Positions 1-64,000 of a stretch of 64,000 nucleotides of DNA are shown here, one piece after another. The notes beneath the pieces are model-generated. The model did no database searches and was not told the DNA's origin. It saw only the letters and a list, made by a program, of their open reading frames with translations. Positions within the stretch are counted from its first letter, which is position 1. Every line of letters starts with the position of its first letter. Position numbers and translations under genes: made by a program. This DNA comes from the human T2T-CHM13v2.0 reference genome, Homo sapiens, in the NCBI RefSeq assembly GCF_009914755.1, contig NC_060928.1; one strand, given 5' to 3'.

Positions 1-125
1 AGCTAATATCACAGCTGATCTGACAGGAGCTCAGGCGGTACTGCTCACTGGCCCACCGATCACCTACTGCTGTGCCGCCCGGTTCCTAACAGGCTGCAGA
101 CCAGTACAAGGGTTGGGGACCCCTG
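1..125 (+). mobile_element. MER1-type hAT-Charlie DNA transposon fossil, 3' part
   Basis: gctgatctgacaggagctcaggcggt...cggttcctaacaggc...gggttggggacccctg resembles the MER1 3' end and terminal repeat. Confidence 0.75.
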
Positions 126-235
126 TTCTAAGAGGATGCAACCAGAAGGCTGCCCAGTCTGCAAGATCAAATGTTTCCTCAAAGTAACTTTCAACGTATA
201 ACCAGAAAGACTGAAAGACAAAAAGTAGTTAGCAA

Positions 236-487
236 GGCCGGGCACGGTGGCTTACGCCTGTAATCCCTGTACTTTGGGAGGCTGAGAGAGGGCGGATCAC
301 TTGAGGTCAGGAGTTTGAGACCAGCTTGGCCAACACAGTGAAACCCCATCTCTACTAAAAATTCAAAAATTAACCGGGCGTGGTGGCTCATGCTACTTGG
401 GAGGCTGAGGCAAAAGAATCGCTTTAACCCAGGAGGTGGAGATTGCAGTGAGGTTCATCCTGGGTCACAGAGCTAGACTACGTCTCA

Positions 488-520
<33 letters not shown>

Positions 521-766
521 GTTCCTGAGGGACACAGGAAGTAGTAGAAGTTGTAAAGGTCATGACGAGATATGAGTCTGAAGAGCAGGCCATTCAATGA
601 AATACAACATTCACATCAAGTGAATCACTCACATCGTCTTGGTGTGGTGGCTCATGCCTGTAATCCCAGCACTTGGGGAGGCTGTGGTGGGAGGATTGCT
701 TGAGCCCAGGAGTTCCAGACCAGCTTGGGCAACACGGCAAGATCCCCGTCTCAAAAAAAAAAAAAA
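236..766 (+). mobile_element. Alu (236-515) and Alu monomer (about 640-766)
   Basis: Alu consensus with A tails; monomer flanked by aatcactcacatc duplication. Confidence 0.93.
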
Positions 767-869
767 ATCACTCACATCAAGTGTACCCAACAGATATCCA
801 TTCCCTTCGTACATCTGAACACATCTTGATATTAACGGTCGCAAGCAAACCCTAATATTTTATATCTCT

Positions 870-975
870 AGAACAAATATAGTATCCCCATTTCACAATC
901 GGGAAAACAGACTCCCAGAAGCTAAGTAACTTGTTTATTGTCAGACATCTAGTGAGTCGCAGAGCCAGGGAACTG
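870..975 (-). mobile_element. MIR fragment
   Basis: tatccccatttcaca...gaaaacagactcccagaagctaagtaacttg resembles the MIR core. Confidence 0.6.
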
Positions 976-1641
976 ACCACGGGCATTTTCACCCCATTAC
1001 CCTTCCAGCTTATTGCCGACTGCTCCCGAAGGGAGCGAAAAGGACAGGCAAAGGGTTTCACCAAACCCTTTGTAATGGGAGATTCTTGCCTTCTTACCTT
1101 TCCTCACGTTTGCTTCTCTGCCAGAATGTCTTCCCGCACTTTCCCCAGAACCCAAGTTCTCCTAATCATCTTTCAAGATCCCTTTCCCTCAACCACAGAT
1201 GAGCCGTGCCTATTTCTCCTTCAAATGACTCCCTATGGCTTCTAGTTGGTAGTCTTTTATTTACCACCTCATAGTCCTTTTATTTATATCCCATAAATGA
1301 TCGTCCGGCCCCGCACCGTGGGACCAGGACGCTGCCTCGACCATGGCGGTCTCCTGGAAACAGGCTGCTTTGAGCCGAAACTGGTGACCGTTTCCCAACC
1401 CCGTCCAGGAGTCCGACGCCTCTTTTCTCCAGGCCAACTTCAAGTGAGGTGTATCAACTCTATCCGCACAAATTTCTTGCCACGAGAGCAGAAGATTATG
1501 ATCTCTGATGCTGCCTTAGGGCTGAAGACACTCCCAACTCGGCGACGCTTAGCAATCATCGACTTCCTCCTCCTCTTGGCTGCCTCGGAGATCCTGTTCC
1601 GGGGCAGAGGTCTCCCCGCCCCGCCCCTCGTCTCCTCCAAG

Positions 1642-35867
<34,226 letters not shown>

Positions 35868-37682
35868 TGAGAATATTCTTGTTGCAGGCTGTTTTTAAAC
35901 TAGTGTCAGTGACACTAGGAATATAATAAAGGTAACACAGCAAGAAGCACAGAACTACTCCCTCTTCATCTCCATATTTTCATAATTTCTTGTGTTTCAA
36001 ATAGGGAAACATCTTCCTCAAAGTCTGCCTAGTGAGATATGGCCTACTGGTTGCCTCATAGCTTTGTACAGATTATGAGGACTGAAAATAATTGGGCATT
36101 TACCCATCTTGGTATCTGTTGTATCCTTTATCTGTGTGTGCTGATTTGATCTTTTTTCAGTTTCACATACCTTATCTAAGGTTTCCCAGGATTTAAACAG
36201 AAACTACTTCTATGATTTCAGCTGGAGTCTGAAGATACTTGTTTCTGTTCAAGTCCCACTTTAAATTATGTCTTAGGAGACTGAAAGTGGAATCTTCTGA
36301 GCATTCCTAAATATCTGCTTAGAAATATCATGTGATAAAGAGGGACCTTCTTAATACACTGATGTTCTTCACTAAATGGATGGCCACAAGAAAAATAAAG
36401 TAAATGTCTTAAATAATTTAACCATAAATTTTCTGTCATGTGATACTGGAATATGGGATACTTTTCATGTTTATATATATATATATATGTATATATATAT
36501 ACATATATATATATATATAAACATGAAATATATATATATGGCTCCTTTGTGCCCCATGTCATTTTCAGATTATGGTAGCATGCTGATACAGCACCATGAA
36601 AGAACTCAAGGAAAATATATCAATGTAAGAAGTTCACTCTTAGACCCAGTGTTCTGAGGTCACATGGGTTTGGACTGTCTCAATCAGAAAGATTAATGAC
36701 TGTTATCAAGAACATGAACATTGGCTTCCTCCATAGAGAAGAAATCAGTATCTGAGTTGCATACCAGGCAGTATTAAAATCTAACAGGTCTGTTTGGCCC
36801 ATTGATAGATACTCAAATGGTGTCTCCTTCTGGTTATGGATTTTGACCATTGATTACCTTTCTCAATGTAATGAAGTATTTTACAGTCAATTTGTGGTGT
36901 AAATGTTGCTCTTGTCTTTCCTTGCTTACAAACTACTTTCACATTGAACAGCTGTGAGACAGACATATTGAGATGCCTGCCCTTGTTAGTATTCATTTTA
37001 TGCTGCCCAAGATATCATTTAATTTAGACTTAACAAGTATTTCCTTGTGATTATATTACTCTGTCCTTGTTAATAAAGTGCTGCTGTGTTTGACTCTGAA
37101 CATACTACCAAAACTTCTTCAAAGAGTTTTTTATGAAAGACTTTCCTCCTTTACAAGAAAGAAATGGGGTGCTGCCTTTCTGTTTAGTAAAAGCAGAATT
37201 TGCAGTGGCATCTAAAGAGATCTTTTTTAAATAAAAATTATGTATTGTGGCATAATCCTTTTTTTGAGCTCTACAGAGAACAGTCTTTTGGTAATAGTGG
37301 CAGGTATTTATTCCTTCTGAATATATACCCCATTATAGGAATAACTGTTACTTATTTAGGATTCCATCATTGAAAATTTTGACCCAAGGCACAGCAGTGA
37401 AATTTATAGTTCTCAATTTAGTTGTCATTATTGACAGGCATTGGTATTATTAGTCATTGCTAAGCAACTAAAACTTCATCAGTTCAAATAAGTTTTAATT
37501 GTCAAATGAAGTATAAACACATGAACTTTCTAGAAATATTTCCTCTTTTGGATAGGTCTTTAACCAGTTCATATATATACTTTGTCAAATATATGGATGT
37601 GTATGTGTACATTTATAAGAACCAGTATGGATACATCCATTCACTGTGGTACATTTTAAAATAAAATATTTTAGCAGTGAAT
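35868..37682 (+). other. SRP72: SRP72 3' UTR
   Basis: AT-rich, no recognisable transposons, lies between the stop codon and the distal poly(A) signal. Confidence 0.8.
36463..36539. repeat. (TA)n microsatellite forming a perfect palindrome
   Basis: Direct reading; 36463-36528 is its own reverse complement. Confidence 0.95.
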
Positions 37683-37712
37683 ATGGATTAAGGTGTTTTG
37701 GGTGTTGGCATT
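37660..37712 (+). terminator. SRP72 distal polyadenylation signal
   Basis: AATAAA at 37660-37665, TGTA motifs upstream, GU-rich ggtgttttgggtgttggcatttt downstream. Confidence 0.85.
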
Positions 37713-38055
37713 TTATGGAGGACTTCCTGGTTAGTATAACCAAGAATTTTCTTTTAAGCTGAGTATCAAAATTGTGTGTACTGTCCCTCTTAGCAAACCC
37801 ATAAAACTAATCTAATGGGATTGAGAGAACCCCGTGTAAACTTACTGAAAATTCATCTTGGTGTGTGTATAAACAGAAGTAAACCTTTGAAAAAGTCATT
37901 AAGCATAGCAATTCCAATGCTATTGGGAACAGCCAACCTTAAATATCATTGCATCACTCAAGCCTTCTGGAACCTGCTATTCATTGTTCCTTACAAGTCT
38001 ATTTGAAACAGATACAATGAAGGAAAATAAGTTTATTACATTGAAAAATAATTGT

Positions 38056-39204
<1,149 letters not shown>

Positions 39205-39470
39205 TCACGTTCTTCTATTTGTCTTTAATAATCCTGGGTAATAGTCAACTAATAATCCTGGGTAGTAGTCTGGAGACACTCCTAGCGGAGTTTACTCGGG
39301 AGAGGGCGGAGAAATACATGACATGAGCAGTACAGGCTCATGGTTGGGAGCTGAGGGAAGGCTGAGAATCCTCCCGGAACCTCTGGATTCTGACGCCCCA
39401 GGGGTTCTTCACACAGGCTGGCCGGTCTCGGGATTGAAGCCGGAGACGTCAGACGCTAAGGTTGCTTAGA

Positions 39471-39515
39471 CTGCGGCCCACGTGGAAGGCTCTTAGCCAC
39501 CCTGCCTGGCCCGAG
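39471..39515 (+). CDS. ARL9: ARL9 candidate alternative first coding exon with CTG start ([L/M]RPTWKALSHPAWPE)
   Basis: 15 codons to donor GAG|gtaatc in phase 0 with exon 2; total would be 187 aa; no in-frame ATG. Confidence 0.5.
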
Positions 39516-39868
39516 GTAATCGCGCTAGGGACGCTTTTTCTGCAGCAATGATATACCCCGCCGAACTGTCCCACGTCCTGGTTGGGACCTCTTGGTTTCG
39601 CTTGGCTGGGCTCAATCCATCCGTACGCCTCCGCCCTTCCCTCTTTGCGAACCCCTGCGGGTTCAGCGAATCGGCTGCAAGAAGCCCTGCATCCGCGAGG
39701 TAAGCGGCGGTTGGCGGCGGTGCCGGGGTTGGCAGCGCCCGCGGGTTGTCTACGCCGCGGGGCCTACGTCTCTGTCGGGCGTGCACCTCGGGAGCCACAC
39801 CTGGGGCCCAGAGCCACCGCTCAGCACGCGGGCACGCGGCGGGAGGGAAGGAAACCGCGGCGCTGGGG

Positions 39869-57884
<18,016 letters not shown>

Positions 57885-57968
57885 CCAGGACTCAGCCCAC
57901 TGTGCGGCTCACGACTGAGATGTCATCAGTGTTGAATGGCAGGCTTGAAGCCAAAGGTTTCCACCTCA

Positions 57969-57974
57969 AATAAA
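57969..57974 (+). terminator. ARL9 proximal poly(A) signal
   Basis: AATAAA about 85 nt after the stop, U-rich downstream. Confidence 0.7.
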
Positions 57975-58015
57975 AATTAAGCCATTTCCTATTTTCTCAG
58001 TGCATGGGATGTATA

Positions 58016-58335
58016 TAGTTAGCCCTCCATATCCATGGGTTCCACATCTGGGGATTCAAGAACTGTGGATCCAAAACATTCAAAAAGTAAACCCACTGAA
58101 GAATAATAACACAACAATAAAAATAATACACATTTTAAAATACAATATAACAACTATTTACATAGCATTTTCATTGTATTAGGTATTATAAGTAATCTAA
58201 AGATGATTTAAAATACACGAGTAGAAGTGTGTAGGTTATATGTAAATATGCCATTTTCCATCAGGAGCTTGAGCATCCACATTTGCCTGTGAGGATCTTG
58301 GAATCAGTCTCCCTGAGAATACCAACGGACAACTG
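58016..58335 (-). mobile_element. MER2-like Tigger derivative, near full length
   Basis: ta|tagttagccct ... ggacaactg|ta ends; core cattgtattaggtattataagtaatcta. Confidence 0.82.
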
Positions 58336-58519
58336 TACAAAGATAATGCTAACATAATAACAGCATCTCTATTTGGATTTTGAATGTTAAAAATATTTGT
58401 AAAACAGTGTATTGGGGGTATTGGGATTTTTAATCAACAAAGGTAAAATGAACATTAGCAAGCATTTGTCCCATTTATTGTTTTGCAATGGCATGAAATT
58501 TATATGAAATTTTTTTGTG

Positions 58520-62935
<4,416 letters not shown>

Positions 62936-64000
62936 TCATAGCAAGTGGGCCTAAAAGATAGGCTGTAACAATTGCAGTCTATTGGCTTAGATCCCCTCCT
63001 TTCTGCAGTTTTTGAGAAGGCACAGCCTCTATGATGCTCATTCTGTACATTCACAGTGGCCTGAATCCCCCTCTTTCAATTGACATGTTCTTTGGACTTT
63101 CGAAGACATTTCATGTAACCAGGGACTACTTTTACTGATTTAAGGGCCATCCTGCCTCTTTAAGGTGGATTTACATAACTCCTCCCTGATTGGTTTAAAG
63201 GTTGAGTTAAAACTCTCTGAGAGTAGCTTTATTTCTCCTTCCAAGTTTTGGGGGATATTTCCTGAACTTCCATACAATATTACACACATCTCTATCAAAG
63301 TAAGGTTGAAGGAGATTCCGATTCATATACGCACATGCTAGAATGAATCTTCTAGTTCCATTCCAGATAACATTCACAATCCAAAATATTTCTCTTCTAA
63401 CTTTTCTTAGCATCTATGAGACTAAGTACATACAAGGAATACCCAGTAACGAGCAAAAGGGGTACTTGGGTTTACTAAATATTTTAACAGACAACTTATT
63501 CCTCAACACCTCTAGTCCCTTCCCTTGAAAATAAACACATCAGTAAAACTCCACCACTTCTATTCCCCTCTATCACACTGTCACCACCATGAAAATTAGC
63601 TGAAAGCACTCCTCAAGGATTGAGAGACGGCCAGGCCACCTATGTTTTTAAAGTCTCTTGGTATAATAAGTGATAAAAAAGAGAGGATGCCAAAAACAGG
63701 GTTACAAGAAGTGTGGTATATTTAAAAGATACCACAGTTAACAAATTAATGGACGCACCCACAGAACACAGCACACAGTTGTACTGTTCACAAGATAATT
63801 ACAGCCCTTTATAAAAAGTAGCTGATAGCATGCTTCAGTAGATAGTGAGCCCTGTAATGAGACACAAGTTGTAGATGAATATATTTTTCTTTTAATCCAG
63901 TCAGTGTTTCTTTGTGACTGTGTATAGAACTTCATGTGGAGATAAAGTAAAACATTCAAGTTTGAGACTCTTCTTGAATGTAAGCTTATGTCAAATGTCG

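Overview
Human (primate) genomic DNA, recognisable as the SRP72-ARL9 locus (4q12 from memory); not prokaryotic, no CRISPR or RNA genes seen. SRP72 is complete on the + strand: 19 coding exons read by hand from ATG 1642 to TGA 35867 give 2016 nt = 671 aa, and the 3' UTR runs to about 37680. ARL9 (+) follows, with a CpG-island promoter, three candidate first-exon donors and three GTPase-domain exons ending at TGA 57884. The rest is about 50 Alus, one 5'-truncated L1PA, old L1M/L2/MIR/MaLR fragments and DNA-transposon fossils; nearly all ORF-track entries are repeat artefacts. I found no convincing new biological system. Best leads: a perfect 66-bp palindrome in the SRP72 3' UTR; a U12 intron containing U2-type cryptic sites; an ARL9 first exon with only a CTG start; an open in-frame signal-peptide-like extension upstream of SRP72; a donor site regenerated at the exon 11/12 junction; and atypical Alu insertions. 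Repeat boundaries and subfamily names are by eye and approximate.
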